From Octopus vulgaris (Eukaryota), in NCBI GenBank assembly GCA_951406725.2, contig OX597820.1:59644001-59708000 (forward strand): a stretch of 64,000 nucleotides of DNA. Direction: 5' to 3'. The notes under the pieces are model-generated. The model had not been told where the DNA came from, ran no database searches, and was given only the letters and a program-made list of their open reading frames with translations. Positions 1-20,840 of this stretch are shown in pieces (the first letter of the stretch is position 1; every line of letters begins with the position of its first letter). The position numbers and the translations under genes are program-made.

Positions 1-715
1 TCTGGTGATAAAATGCAGACAGCTAGCTGGATGGATTCTCCGAACTTTCAGAACAAGAGAGAAGGAGACACTGATGGTCCTATGGAAAACATTTGTCCTC
101 AGCCGCTTGGACTACTGCTCCCAACTTTGGTCACCACACAATATAAAACAAACAGCAGAACTCGAAGCAACTCAGAGAAGCTACACAAAGAAAATCGTCT
201 CAATGCGAAATGTCAGCTACTGGGAAAGACTGAAGGTATTAAACCTCTTCTCCCTGGAGCGGAGGCAGGAGAGATATGCAGTGATATACATCTGGAAAAT
301 CCTGGAGGGTCTTGTCCCAAACTTTGGCATTCAAAGTTACTCCAACCGCAGAACGGGGGCCGCTGCGTGGTGCCAAGGATTCCAACATCACCATCAAAAT
401 ACAGGTCCAGATACTGCAACAGCTTGGGTTTCAGAGGACCACAGCTCTTTAACATCCTCCCTAAATGCCTGAGAGACTTACATGGTGTGGATGTGGGTTT
501 CTTTAAAACTAAACTGGATCTCTTCTTGTTGGGAGTCCCAGATGAACCTACCTCACGACAGGAGACACGGATGCGGGCAGCAGCATCGAACTCCCTTGTT
601 GATCAAGTGCCACGTATCAGAGGTGGATTCACAAACTAGTGTAGCTCATTCAGCGGTGGTGCCCCAGCATGGCCGCGGCCTTCGGGCTAAAACATTTTTA
701 AGGATTTAAGGATTT
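1..715 (+). mobile_element. CR1-group LINE, 3' end (C-terminus of ORF2, frameshifted, plus 3' UTR and AAGGATTT tail)
   Basis: ORFs 5..472 and 13..639 join via a frameshift near 357. Motifs include LSRLDYCSQLWSP and LFSLERRQERYAVIYIWKILEG, and the protein is closely similar to the ORF2 end at 56359-58470. The 3' UTR ends in short tail repeats followed by (TA)n. Confidence 0.9.
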
Positions 716-778
716 ATATATATATCTTTATGTGTATATGTATATATATATATATATATATGTATATATCTTTATGTG

Positions 779-815
<37 letters not shown>

Positions 816-1124
816 GTATATATAAATGCTGGACCACCGCCATTATTCGAGCACATCGTGCGCAGCACTTATTCTTTCTAAGCCTAGTATTTATTCTAAC
901 TTATTCTTTTTGGCCGAACCACTAAAATACAGGGAGGAAAACATACCAGCATCGGTTGAAAAATCTACTGTAGCCCAGGGCCGACCAAAGCCTTGTGATT
1001 GGATTTGTTAGACGGATTTGTTAGAAGATTGTCGTATATATATGTAACAGTGGCTGTGGTATGTAACTTGCTTTCAAACACACCAGCATCGGTTAAAAAA
1101 TCTAACCCTAACCCTAACAAATCA

Positions 1125-1372
1125 GTCAATCGAAGATAATGACCAAACTGTCTACTCTTATCCACCAGTTCCAACACGATTTAACAAAAAAGGAGACAAA
1201 TTGCTTGACTAGATTTCACTGCAAAGCCAGTAACATCTGTGGACTTCCCAAAATCTACAAAAGTTAAGCCATAAACAAAACCTGTAACAAGTTAACTTCT
1301 ATAGTCATAAATATTCCACACCCGAGAGATCTTCGAATGAGGCCAATTATGGCCGATCCAGGTATGTAGATA
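1125..1372 (+). pseudogene. Penelope-like reverse transcriptase fragment (copy 1)
   Basis: Reads ...CKASNICGLPKIYKS*...PRDLRMRPIMADP, a degenerate version of the PLE RT FYGLPKIHK...RPI motifs. Duplicated at 2452-2700. Confidence 0.65.
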
Positions 1373-1816
1373 CGGGGGGCATTGGGTGCTTAACACTTGC
1401 AAATCTGACGTCGCTAAAGGTGCAATAAATTGAACTTCTTTTCATTTAGCAGTTAGTGATCTGCAAATGTGGGTATCTTGGAGATGCTTCAAGTGTTTCT
1501 TGTAGCTTTAATTGTCGCACACACACAAACGAATAAAAACACAGTCGCTCACACACACGTACACACACAAATAAAAACATTGGTATCTCTGATTTTTACA
1601 GAAGCGAGTACTCTTAACATTTCTACAAGAGTTTACTGGCTGTCGGAGGTCCTGTTTATATTGACTGTTGTTTTCACCAAGTCATTTATTTATTAAAAAA
1701 AATATATATATATATAAACTATGAGCTATGGTTAGATGTGTGTATTTCCATTTCTGTGTGTGCGACTACGTGCTTTTATATACATGTGTGTGTGTGTGTG
1801 TGTGTGTATGTATATA

Positions 1817-1847
<31 letters not shown>

Positions 1848-1849
1848 GT

Positions 1850-2010
1850 CTACATCCCCGTAACTTAGAGGTTCAGCAAAAGAGACTGTTAGAATAAGTA
1901 CTAGACCTACAAAGAATAAGTCCTGGGGTCGATATGCTCGACTGAAGGTATTGTTCCAGCATGGCCACAGTTAAATGACTGAAACAAGTAAATGAGAGTA
2001 AAAGAGTAAA
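1850..2010 (+). mobile_element. SINE 3' half
   Basis: ccccgtaacttagaggttcagcaaaagagac...ccagcatggccacagttaaatgactgaaacaagta plus GAGTAAAA tail; same family as 5953-6290. Confidence 0.8.
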
Positions 2011-2451
2011 TAGCGACAAAAGTCTATAACCTGTTCACTAGGGAGATAGCTGAAAATATCTCCTAATCGTCATATAATACCTTTCATGTTGTAATTTCTG
2101 TAATAGGTGTGTTCGTTTTACGACTACGAAAGATGACACGACCATGCGCACACCAACAGAGACACATACACATCCAAGTAATCTGCTGGTACCTTTAACA
2201 AATAAACATTGACTAGCTGATCATTTACATTTCACTACACCCCACAAATATATAAAGTAATAATGTTATCTAGTACTACCCTTCGGACATAATCAAGTTT
2301 ATTTTTTGCTTTAGATAGTATATATGCGTGTGTGGGTATATACATGTATTCTTTGTAAGCCTAGTATTTATTCTAACTTATTCTCTTTTGCCAAACCGCT
2401 AAAATACAGGGAGTAAGACACACCAGCATCGGTTAAAAACATCAACAACTA

Positions 2452-2700
2452 CAGTCAATCGAAGATAATGACCAAACTGTCTACTCTTATCCACCAGTTC
2501 CAACACGGTTTAACAAACAAGGAGACAAATTGCTTGACTAGATTTGACTGCAAAGCCAGTAACATCTATGGACTTCCCAAAATCTACAAAAGTTGAGCCA
2601 AAAACAAAACCTGTAACAAGTTAACTTCTATAGTCATAAATATTCCACACCCGAGAGATCTCCGAATGAGGCCAATTATGGCCGATCAAGGTATGTATAT
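2452..2700 (+). pseudogene. Penelope-like RT fragment (copy 2; part of a local duplication, about 1080-1570 vs 2420-2900)
   Basis: Near-identical to 1125-1372. Confidence 0.65.
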
Positions 2701-3206
2701 ACGGGGTGCTTAACACTCGCAAATCTGAAGTCGCTAAAGGTGCAATAAATTGAACTTCTTTTCATTTAGAAATTAGGGATATACAAATGTGGGTATCTTA
2801 GAGATGCTTAAAGTGTTTGTTGTAGCTGTAATTGTCGCACACACACAAACGAATACAAACACACAGAGGCTCACACACACTTACACACAGAAATAAAATC
2901 ATTCACACATACACAAACACTGAAATGAAAACAGTTACATACCTACACACGCACAAACACACACACACATATAGCAACGAAAAAGACACAGTTACACATC
3001 CAAACTCTCACACACTCACACGCACAAACACACACAGAAATGAAAACGCAGTAACTTATCGGTTCTGCAAAAGAGACCTATACATTAAGTAATAGGCTCA
3101 CAAATAATAATTCCTGTGGTTGATTTGCTTCACTAAAGGCGGTGCTCCACCATGGTCACAGTGAATTAACTGAAAGAGTCTGAGAGCGACAAAGTGTATA
3201 TTACGA

Positions 3207-3590
3207 CTAGCAGTATCGCCCAGCGTTGCTCGGGTTTGTAAGGGAAATAACTATAAAGCATTTTTAGAGAGTTAGAGCCAAAAAATAGCAAAAAAATTGA
3301 AAAAAAATTATGGTAAATTTTTTTGAGAGTTAAAAAGGTCGAGTTGCTTCCCCTAGACAGTCTGTGGTTTGCGTTTCTGATTCTCGACCCCATGTCGAAT
3401 TTATCGATTTTTTTTCAGAACTGGGGGAACTTTTCAAAATTTTCGCTGCGTTAGTTTTGAATTATGACATTGGGCTATGTGTGTGTCAAGTTTCATCAGA
3501 ATCGGTTGAAAGCCGTGGTCAGGGTGAGGGTACAACCAAACAGACACACAGAAACACACACAGACAAACTGCCGTTTATATAGAGAGAGA
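3207..3590 (-). mobile_element. Non-autonomous Helitron (384 bp)
   Basis: The minus strand reads 5'-TC...CTAG-3' with a subterminal hairpin (cccagcgttgctcggg). It is inserted between A and T with no TSD. The empty site ttacga|taactacata is visible in a paralog at about 17559-17574. Confidence 0.85.
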
Positions 3591-3903
3591 TAACTACATA
3601 CTTCAGGGAGATAACTACACAGTATCTTCTAACAGTTACTTCCCTTGAATATTATATTTTAACAATAATAAAATTATATTTTAGGAAATTAACTCTCGGA
3701 AGGGAGATAACTAGATAACATCTTCCAGAGTTACTTTCCGTAAATGTAATTTAATTACTTTCGTTAAATTATAATATGCGAGGGAAGTAACTCTCAATTA
3801 TATTATTCAGATATGACACACTTTTACGATTTTTTGGAGTTTAACTGCTCTCTCTAGTGAGTCGGATGTCCCATTACGGCCATACATATCACCTAAACAT
3901 ATA

Positions 3904-3954
<51 letters not shown>

Positions 3955-4148
3955 TAAACAAACACTGAAAAAAACTACTCAGACACACACACTCACATAC
4001 GCACAAACACAAACACACAAATGAAAATACAGATACATATTCACACTCAAACACGCGGTCAAACGCAGAAATTAGAACAGTTACATACGTACACATGCAC
4101 AAACACAGACACACACAAATAGAAATGAAAAATACAGTTACACACTCA

Positions 4149-4295
4149 CTAACCCTGAATTACATGCCCCTGAATTACATGCCCCTGAAGTACCTGCTCC
4201 TCAATTACATGCCCCTGAATTACCTGCCCCTGAATTACCGTCCCATGAATTACATGCCCCTGAATTACCTGTCCCTGAATTAAAAGCCCCTGAAT
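4149..4295. repeat. 15-bp tandem repeat (CCCTGAATTACATGC), about 9 copies
   Basis: Direct reading; begins with CTAACCCT. Confidence 0.9.
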
Positions 4296-4308
4296 GTATG
4301 AAAATCTA

Positions 4309-5787
4309 TGTATGGACGCATGTGTGAACGAGGCTTGTGTGTATGAACGCATGATGTGTGAACGAAGCTTGTTTGTATGGACGAATGATGTGTGAACGAA
4401 GCTTGTTTGTATGGACGAATGATGTGTGAACGAAGCTTGTTTGTATGGACGAATGATGTGTGAACGAAGCTTGTTTGTATGGACGAATGATGTGTGAACG
4501 AGGCTTGTTTGTATGGACGCATGATGTGAACGAGGCATATTTGTATGGACGAATGATGTGTGAACGAGGCTTGTTTGTATGGACGCATGATGTGTGAACG
4601 AGGCTTGTTTGTATAGACGCATGACGGGTGAACGAGGCTTGTTTGTATGGACGCATTACGGGTGAACGAGGATTGTTTGTATGGACGCATGACAGGTGAA
4701 CGAGGATAGTTTGTATGGACGCATGACGGGTGAACGAGGCTTGTTTGTATAGACGCATGTGTGAACGAGGCTTGTTTGTATAGACGCATGACGGGTGAAC
4801 GAGGCTTGTTTGTATAGACGCATGACGGGTGAACGAGGCTTGTTTGTATAGACGCATGATGTGTGAACGAGGCTTGTTTGTATGGAAGCATGATGTGTGA
4901 ACGAGTCTTTTTTGTATGGACGCATGACGTGTAAACGAGGCTTGTTTGTATGGACGCATGACGTGTGAACGAGGCTTGTTTGAATGGACGCATGACGGGT
5001 GAACGAGGCTTGTTTGTATGGACGCATGACGGGTGAACGATGCTTCTTTGTATGGACGCATGACGGGTGAACGAGGCTTGTTTGAATGGACGCATGACGG
5101 GTGAACGAGGCTTGTTTGTATGGACGCATGATGTGTTAACGAGGCTTGTTTGTATGGACGCATGTGTGAACGAGGCTCGTTTGTATAGACGCATGACGTG
5201 TGAACGAGGCTTGTTTGTATGGACGCATGATGTGTGAACGAGGCTTGTTTGTATGGACGCATGACGGGTGAACGAGACTTGTTTGTATGGACGCATGACG
5301 GGTGAACGAGGATTGTTTGTATGGACGCATGACGGGTGAACGAGGCTTGTTTGTATGGACGCATGACGGGTGAACGAGGCTTGTTTGTATGGACGCATGA
5401 CGAGTGAACGAGGCTTGTTTGTATGGACGCATGACGGGTGAACGAGGCTTGTTTGTATGGACGCATGACGGGTGAACGAGGCTTGTTTGTATGGACGCAT
5501 GACGGGTGAACGAGGCTTGTTTGTATAGACGCATGACGGGTGAACGAGGCTTGTTTGTATGGACGCATGACGGGTGAACGAGGCTTGTTTGTGTGGACGC
5601 ATGATGTGTGAATGAGGCGTGTATGTATGGACGCATGATGTGTGAACGAGGCTTGTTTGTATGGACGCATGATGGGTAACCGAGGCTTGTTTGTGTGGAC
5701 GCATGACGAGTGAACGAGGCTTGTTTGTATGGACGCATGATGTGTGAACGAGGCTTGTTTCCATGGACGCATGATGTGTGAACGAGG
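4309..5787. repeat. 34-bp minisatellite (TGTGTGAACGAGGCTTGTTTGTATGGACGCATGA), about 43 copies
   Basis: Direct reading; this array is the source of the long repetitive ORFs. Confidence 0.95.
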
Positions 5788-5853
5788 CTAACCCCAACCC
5801 TAACCCCGACCCTGAAACTAACCCTAACCCTAACCCAACCCAACCCAACCCCA
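5788..5853 (-). repeat. Degenerate interstitial telomeric repeat (CCCTAA-like on +)
   Basis: ctaaccccaaccctaaccccgaccctgaaactaaccctaaccctaaccc. Confidence 0.8.
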
Positions 5854-5952
5854 ATCGTAATGTAATTACATGTAAGGGAAGTAACTGTGGAAAATCTTGT
5901 ACCTATTTCCCTTTCTAGAGTCACTTCCCTAGAATATATAATTTAATACATA

Positions 5953-6290
5953 ATAGGCGCAGCAGTGGTAAGTAGCTTGCTAACCAACCACATAGTTCCG
6001 GGTTCAGTCCAATTGCGTGGCATCTTGGGCAAGTGTCTTCTGCTATAGCCCCGGGCCGACCAATGCCTTGTTAGTGGATTTGGTAGACGGAAACTGAAGG
6101 AAGCCTGTCGTATGTATATGTATATGTGTGTGTGTTTGTCCCCCTAGCATTGCTTGACAACCGATGCTGGTGTATTTAGGTCCCCGTCACTTAGCGGTTC
6201 GACAAAAAGAGACCGATAGAATAAGTACTAAAAGGTGGTGCTCCAGCATGGCCGCAGTCAAATGACTGAAACAAGTATAAGAGTAAAAGT
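5953..6290 (+). mobile_element. tRNA-derived SINE, near full length
   Basis: Head with A/B-box-like motifs (agtggtaagtagc...ggttcagtcc), central body, and 3' GGTGGTGCTCCAGCATGGCC...GAAAC tail. Many copies in the window. Confidence 0.85.
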
Positions 6291-6630
6291 AATTTAATTA
6301 GATATAAGGGAACTCGGGAAGATTTTAGAGTTATCTTCCTTCGTAGAGTTACTTACCTTCACGTTATAAGTTAATAATAATATAGAAGGGGAGTAACTCT
6401 AGAAAGGAGATAACTAAAAAATCTTTCAGAGTCACCTCCCTTACATCTAATTAACTAACTATTATGTATTATTAAATTGTAAAGTTCAATGGGGGTAACT
6501 CTACGAAGGGGGATAACTTTAAAAATCTTCAAAAGTTACCTCCCTTACATTTAAATACATGACTATTATCAAAATGTATTATGGAAGCTAATTAACTCTA
6601 CAATATAATGTTCAGATGTACCGCATACAC

Positions 6631-6830
6631 TTTTACTCTTTTCCTTGTTTAGTCATTTCACTGTGCCACTGCTAGAGCACAGCCTTTTCTAGAGCAAATC
6701 GACACTAGGACTTTTATCTACGTCAGTCTAGTATTTATTCTGTTTGTCTTCTTTTCCCGAACGGATAAGTTAATGGAGTGTAAAAAACACCGGCATTGGT
6801 TGTCAAGCGGTTTTGGGGACACCGAAACAT
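6631..6830 (-). mobile_element. SINE 3' part, degenerate
   Basis: Reverse complement of the SINE tail and body. Confidence 0.65.
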
Positions 6831-6899
6831 ACACACATATACATATATATAAATATCTATATGTATATACATGTTTCTCTCTCTATATATATATATATT

Positions 6900-8612
6900 G
6901 CAGAAACAATACTGCTGTCTTTAGTGTTCCCACTGATATTGACGTAAGAGAAGCGAACGAAGTTGACTCCCAACACAAAATTGCAGACATAACCTTCACT
7001 CCCACTGACATCGTAGCAGCAATAAATGAGGTCAAATACTACTCTGCTGTAGGCCCTGATAGGATTCCCCGTTAGTCTCCTGAAGGAATGTAAACACCAA
7101 CTTGCAGTCCCACTGACCAACCTCTGGAGAAATTCGTTAGATGCAGGTTATATACCAAAACAGTTTCTATCCCAGTCAGTCATCCCGGTTTTCAAACAGG
7201 GAAACAGATCCCTCGCACTCAACTATCGCCCAATCTCACTCACCTCCCACATCATCAAAGTGTTTGAAAGAGTGTTAAGATCAAGGATGGCTGACTTCCT
7301 GGAGACCCACAAACTCCTAAATGCAAAACAGCATGGCTTTCGCTGGGGCAGGGACTGTCTAACACAGCTCTTACACCACATTGAAGTTCTACACTGGATC
7401 AAGTATTTCCTGGCGAATACAACACAACATGTTGTAGTTGATGGAGTCCACTCAAGCCCAGCAAAAGTCACCACCAGCGGTGACCCCCAGGGGACTGTCT
7501 TGGGTCCGCTACTCTTCATAATCTACATAAACGACCTTTCCAGTGTCGTACATTACTGCAAAGTGAAAATATTTGCTGATGACACCAAGCTCCAGTAAAT
7601 CGTCAATGAAGAAGCAGACCGAACTCAACTCCAGTCTGATCTATATGCTGTGAGTCAATGGGCAAACAGAAACAAAATACAACTAAACGAGGGAAAATTT
7701 GAGCTGATGCATTTTGGAAGAAACTCCTCACTAAAACAGCCATACTCTCTTCCTTCAGGGGAACCGCTCACAGCCTCTAACAATATCAGAGAACTGGGTG
7801 TAATTGTTGATGACCATCACAGTTGGAGTGCACACATCAACAAGAAGGTCGATATAGCTCGTAGGATGAGTTCCTGGATCTTAAGAACTTTCCGGTCCAG
7901 AGAACAAGGTGTCATCATACCACTTTTTTCCTCCTTTGTACGGCCACACCTTGAATACTGCTGCCCACTGTGGTCTCCTCAAACAAGACTAAACATCTCC
8001 AGAATTGAGTCACCCCAGAGGGCACTCACTAAACGAATTGAAGGCATGGCTGCTCTCGATTATTGGGATTGCCTTAAAGCCTTGAAACTTTACTCCCTCC
8101 AGCGTGAGCGGTACATCATTTGTACGATGTGGAAAATATACCGCCAACTATGCCCAAACGACCTAAACATTAGCTTCAAGGTTCATCCAAGACTTGGACC
8201 ACGGGCTATACGTCCCCTGCCCAATTCAAGATCACAACATACATGTACACTGCAACATAATTTCTTTTCCTCAACAGGCCCTGCCCTATTTAACATTGTC
8301 CCGAGAGAGATCAAAGAGGAAAAGGATCCCATCAACTTTAAACAGAGTCTGGATAGATTCCTTCAAAGAATACCAGATAAGCCACCCATAATTGGATACA
8401 AGTCACCCAACAAGAACTCACTACTTGAACAAAACTGGATACAACTCACCCAACAAGAACTCACTACTTGAACAAAACTGGATACAACTCACCCAACAAG
8501 AACTCACTACTTGAACAAAACTTGACTTAAACAGGATTCGAATAATCCTATCAGGTGGTGCTATTAAGTTAGACATGGCCTGGACCAATCTTTGGTCGAA
8601 ACATATCTAAGT
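6900..8612 (+). mobile_element. CR1-group LINE, 5'-truncated and degenerate ORF2 (RT)
   Basis: Motifs NYRPISLTSH, QHGFR, GDPQGTVLGPLLFIIYINDL, FADDTKL and RPHLEYCCPLWSP across ORFs 6773, 7260 and 7650, with stops and a deletion. A 43-bp unit is repeated about 3 times at 8405-8525. Confidence 0.9.
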
Positions 8613-8634
8613 TTATATATATCTGATATATCTT

Positions 8635-8666
<32 letters not shown>

Positions 8667-8799
8667 CCAATCTATCTTCTTCGAGCACATCGTCAGCAGC
8701 ACTTATTCTTTCTAAGCCTAGTATTTATTCTAACTTATTCTTTTCTGCCGAGCCGCTGAAATACAGGGAGAAAAACACACCAGCATCGTTTGAAAAATC

Positions 8800-9095
8800 T
8801 ACTATAGCCCCGAGCCGACCAAAGCCTTGTGATTGGATTTGGTGGAAGGAAACTGGAAAACTCCAGTCATATATATGTTTATGTGTGCGTGTGTGTCTTT
8901 GTTCCCAAACATTGCTACACAACGGATATTAGTCTGTTTACGTCCCCATAACTTAGAGGTTCAGCGAAAGAGACTGATAGAATAAGCACTAGGCCTACAA
9001 TGAATAAGTCCTGGGGTCGGTATGCTCGACTAAAGGTCGTGCTCCAACATGGCCACAGTCAAATGACTGAAACAAATGAGAGTAAAAGAGTAAAT
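8800..9095 (+). mobile_element. SINE (5'-truncated), preceded by an inverted SINE fragment
   Basis: Same family as 5953-6290. Block 8680-9200 parallels 845-1060 and 1850-2100. Confidence 0.7.
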
Positions 9096-10279
9096 AACGA
9101 GAAAAGTCCATGTTCACTAGGGAGATAGCAGAAAATATCTCCTAGAGTTACTTCCCTAACGTCATATAATACGTTTCATGTTGTAATATCTGTAATAAAG
9201 TAATAATGACACTCGAAGGGCACACGAGAATGCATTCACGTACTATCACACATGTAGATGCAAGTTTTCTTAATAAAACGGAAAGAACTCACATTCCATC
9301 CCTTAGCTTCTTTTTTGTTTTAGACACTACATATACGTGCATGGGTATATACACGTATATCTGTATGTGTATGTCTGGGTAAAACAGACTTTCGCGGTTG
9401 GGTCACAGCCGATGCGACAACCTTGGGTATGTGTGGACTGTGCTCACACACGAACAAATACCCACACTTCCGCACTCATGCACATAGATACATGCAAAGC
9501 TATTTTATGTTTTCAATAAGTTGTGCCCTTCGAGTGCGAACAAACGCACACACACACACACGCACACATTTAAACATATATACGATGGTATTTTATCAAT
9601 TTCCTTCCACTAAATCCAATCACAAGGATTAGGTCGGCCTTGGGGTACAGTAGTGTTTGTTGTAGCTGTAATTGTCGCACAAACAAAATAAATAAAAACA
9701 CAGTCGCTCACACACACGTACACACAAAAATAAAAACATTCACACAAACACAGACACTTAAATGAAAATAGCAACACACACACATATAAAAAGTCCCACG
9801 CACACAAACACTGAAAAAAAAATTCTCACAAAAACACTCACATACACACAAAGACAAACACACAAATAAAAATACAGATACATATTCACACACTCAAACA
9901 CGCGGACAAACACAGAAATGAAAACAGTTACATACCTACACATGCACAAACACAGACACACACAAATACAAATGGAAAATACGGTAACACATCCAAACTC
10001 TCACACACTAACATACGCACAAACACACACACACACACAAACATAAGCACCCACACACAGAAATGAAAACGCAGTTACACACTCACACATAAAACCCTAA
10101 CCGTAACTAGCACAAACATACAATTTATTCAGAATGTAAAGGGGCATTGGGTGCTTTGCACTCGCAGTTAGAATATCAGCTCCCTCCACGCCTATATTAG
10201 AATTTCTGTCATCCACTTGTGAAATTAATACATTGACGACACATGGGAAAAATATGAGCAACATCTGAAGCCACTAAAG

Positions 10280-18788
<8,509 letters not shown>

Positions 18789-18884
18789 GTAAATTTTGGA
18801 GTCAATCCGACGGGATGTAGTGGTCTTTAAACCGTTCCAGACAAACAAACAAACAAACTTTTCGCATTTCAGTTTTATAAATAG

Positions 18885-18886
<2 letters not shown>
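18789..18886 (-). mobile_element. Helitron-like 5' end fragment
   Basis: aaattt...caatccga...(acaa)n...tttataaataga has the same layout as the 5' end of the 3207-3590 element. Confidence 0.5.
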
Positions 18887-18952
<66 letters not shown>

Positions 18953-18955
18953 TGC

Positions 18956-19127
18956 TAGGCGTAGGAGCGGCTTTGTGATAAGTAGCTTGCTTACGAACCA
19001 CTGTGTTCTGGGTTCAGTCCCACTGCGTGGAACCTTGGACAAGTGTCTTCAACTATAGCCTCGGGGTGACCAAAGCCTTGTGAATAGATTTCGTAGACGG
19101 AAACTAAATGAAGCCCATCGTGTGTGT

Positions 19128-19166
<39 letters not shown>

Positions 19167-19183
19167 CATACATATATATATAT

Positions 19184-19216
<33 letters not shown>

Positions 19217-19405
19217 CATATACGTTTGTATGCCTCTTTATCCATCGAACAGTGCTTGACAAACGATGCTGCTGTTTTCACGCACCCGTAACTGAACGGT
19301 TCAGCAAAAGAGAATAGGTCCTGGGCTCTATTTCTTTGACTGAAGGCGGTGCTCCAACATGGCCGCAGTCAAATAACTGAAAGTAGCAAAAGTGAGTGAA
19401 AGAGT
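18956..19405 (+). mobile_element. tRNA-derived SINE, full length with internal (TA)n
   Basis: taggcgtaggagcggct...ggttcagtcccactgcgtgg...ggcggtgctccaacatggccgcagtcaaat. Confidence 0.85.
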
Positions 19406-19499
19406 AATTAGCGAAAACAGTGTATATTCTGTTGTGTCTGGGGATAGTCTTTCTCTTTTAGTGCCTTATTATTAAATACACACTCACCAGTAAAAATTC

Positions 19500-19960
19500 A
19501 AGGAGTGATATTAGTAGAGGCCAGAGCCCATGGAGAACTAGCCCGTAGATTTAGAAAAGCTCTGAAAGAGACCAAACTCAACATTAAAATTGTTGAAAAG
19601 CCAAGGAACTCCGTCAGGTCACAATTATGAAGGACATGCCCGTTTAAGAATACCATATGCACAATTGATAACTGCATGGCATGTAGAATTAGCCCTGGTA
19701 TTAACTGTAGAACTCGAAATGTAGTTTACAATATAAGATGCATAGAAGGTGCTTGTAAGGACATGAACATGATGTACATAGAAGAGACGTCTAAGAGCAT
19801 TGCGGAACGGATAAATGAACATTTAAGACAACTTGACGACAGAAAACAGTCTTCTATACTCTACCAACATGCCAAAGACCACCATGGAGATAACTTGGAT
19901 CAACCTGACATCCGCATCTTATCCAAGCACCCAGCCCCCATCCCTGCTTTTCAATGCTAA
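19500..19960 (+). pseudogene. Penelope-like GIY-YIG endonuclease fragment
   Basis: NCRTRNVVYNIRC...YIEETSKSIAERINEH...LYQHAKDHH; homologous to 34400-34888. Confidence 0.8.
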
Positions 19961-20840
19961 ACCCGATATAAAACTGTCATCAACACTATAAATAAACCTG
20001 TTCAATCTCTACCCTCCTCATCACCCCAAATCCCAACCTCTAGTTCAAACTTTGATCTCTTACTTGACTATTCTCTCTAAAAACCCTTCACAAATCCTCA
20101 AGCTGACCCTAATATAGACTAAACTCTGAAAACCAATCCTAACAGTAAACCCACACCAAAATAAGAAAGACCACTTACCTTTGGCCATTTGGGATCTATA
20201 ATATAAGGCATGATATGCAAACAACAAGCAAAATATCAACCAACATTTGAAAGTCAAGTTTTATCTGTGTCGAATCATGATATACACTTGTTTAATAAAT
20301 ACAGTTGTCCTTACATTTACACAGTACATTGCTTCCACAAGTCATCAAACTAATCATTCTGATGCGAAATCAATTGTTTTTATTTATAAATAGAAACAAA
20401 TTAATTATTGAAATTAATATAAGAAATACAATTAACGTGTATGTGTGTCATCATCATTTAACATTCGTTTTTCATGTTGTCATGGGTTGGACTATTTCAC
20501 ACTATCTGAGATGAATTACTACACGTACATCTAATGTCTGTTTTCACATGGTTTCTATGTCTGAGAAAAGTTTTGGTAACACTGACACTAGTAAAATTAA
20601 AAAGTAAATTTCAAGGATGAGTGGACTGCTAGTAGTGAGAGAGGTGGCTTCATCCTAACCTGTAGTATGATAGAGAGACAGGCAGAGGTGTGTCGCTGTA
20701 GAGAAAGTACATGGCTACCCTGCATATATGTATGTATATAGGTAGACATCGATTAGAGCGCTTTCTCATTGCTAATATGTTAACATATGCCTGATGTGTG
20801 CTTTAAAAATAAAGTGCTTGCACTGGCACTAATTTCTTCA

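Noticed and set aside
4280-5924. Long ORFs (524, 488 and 262 aa)
   Set aside because: Stop-free translations of the 34-bp satellite.
5953-6030. tRNA genes (also 18956, 39560 and 44590)
   Set aside because: A/B boxes are present, but there is no cloverleaf; these are SINE heads.
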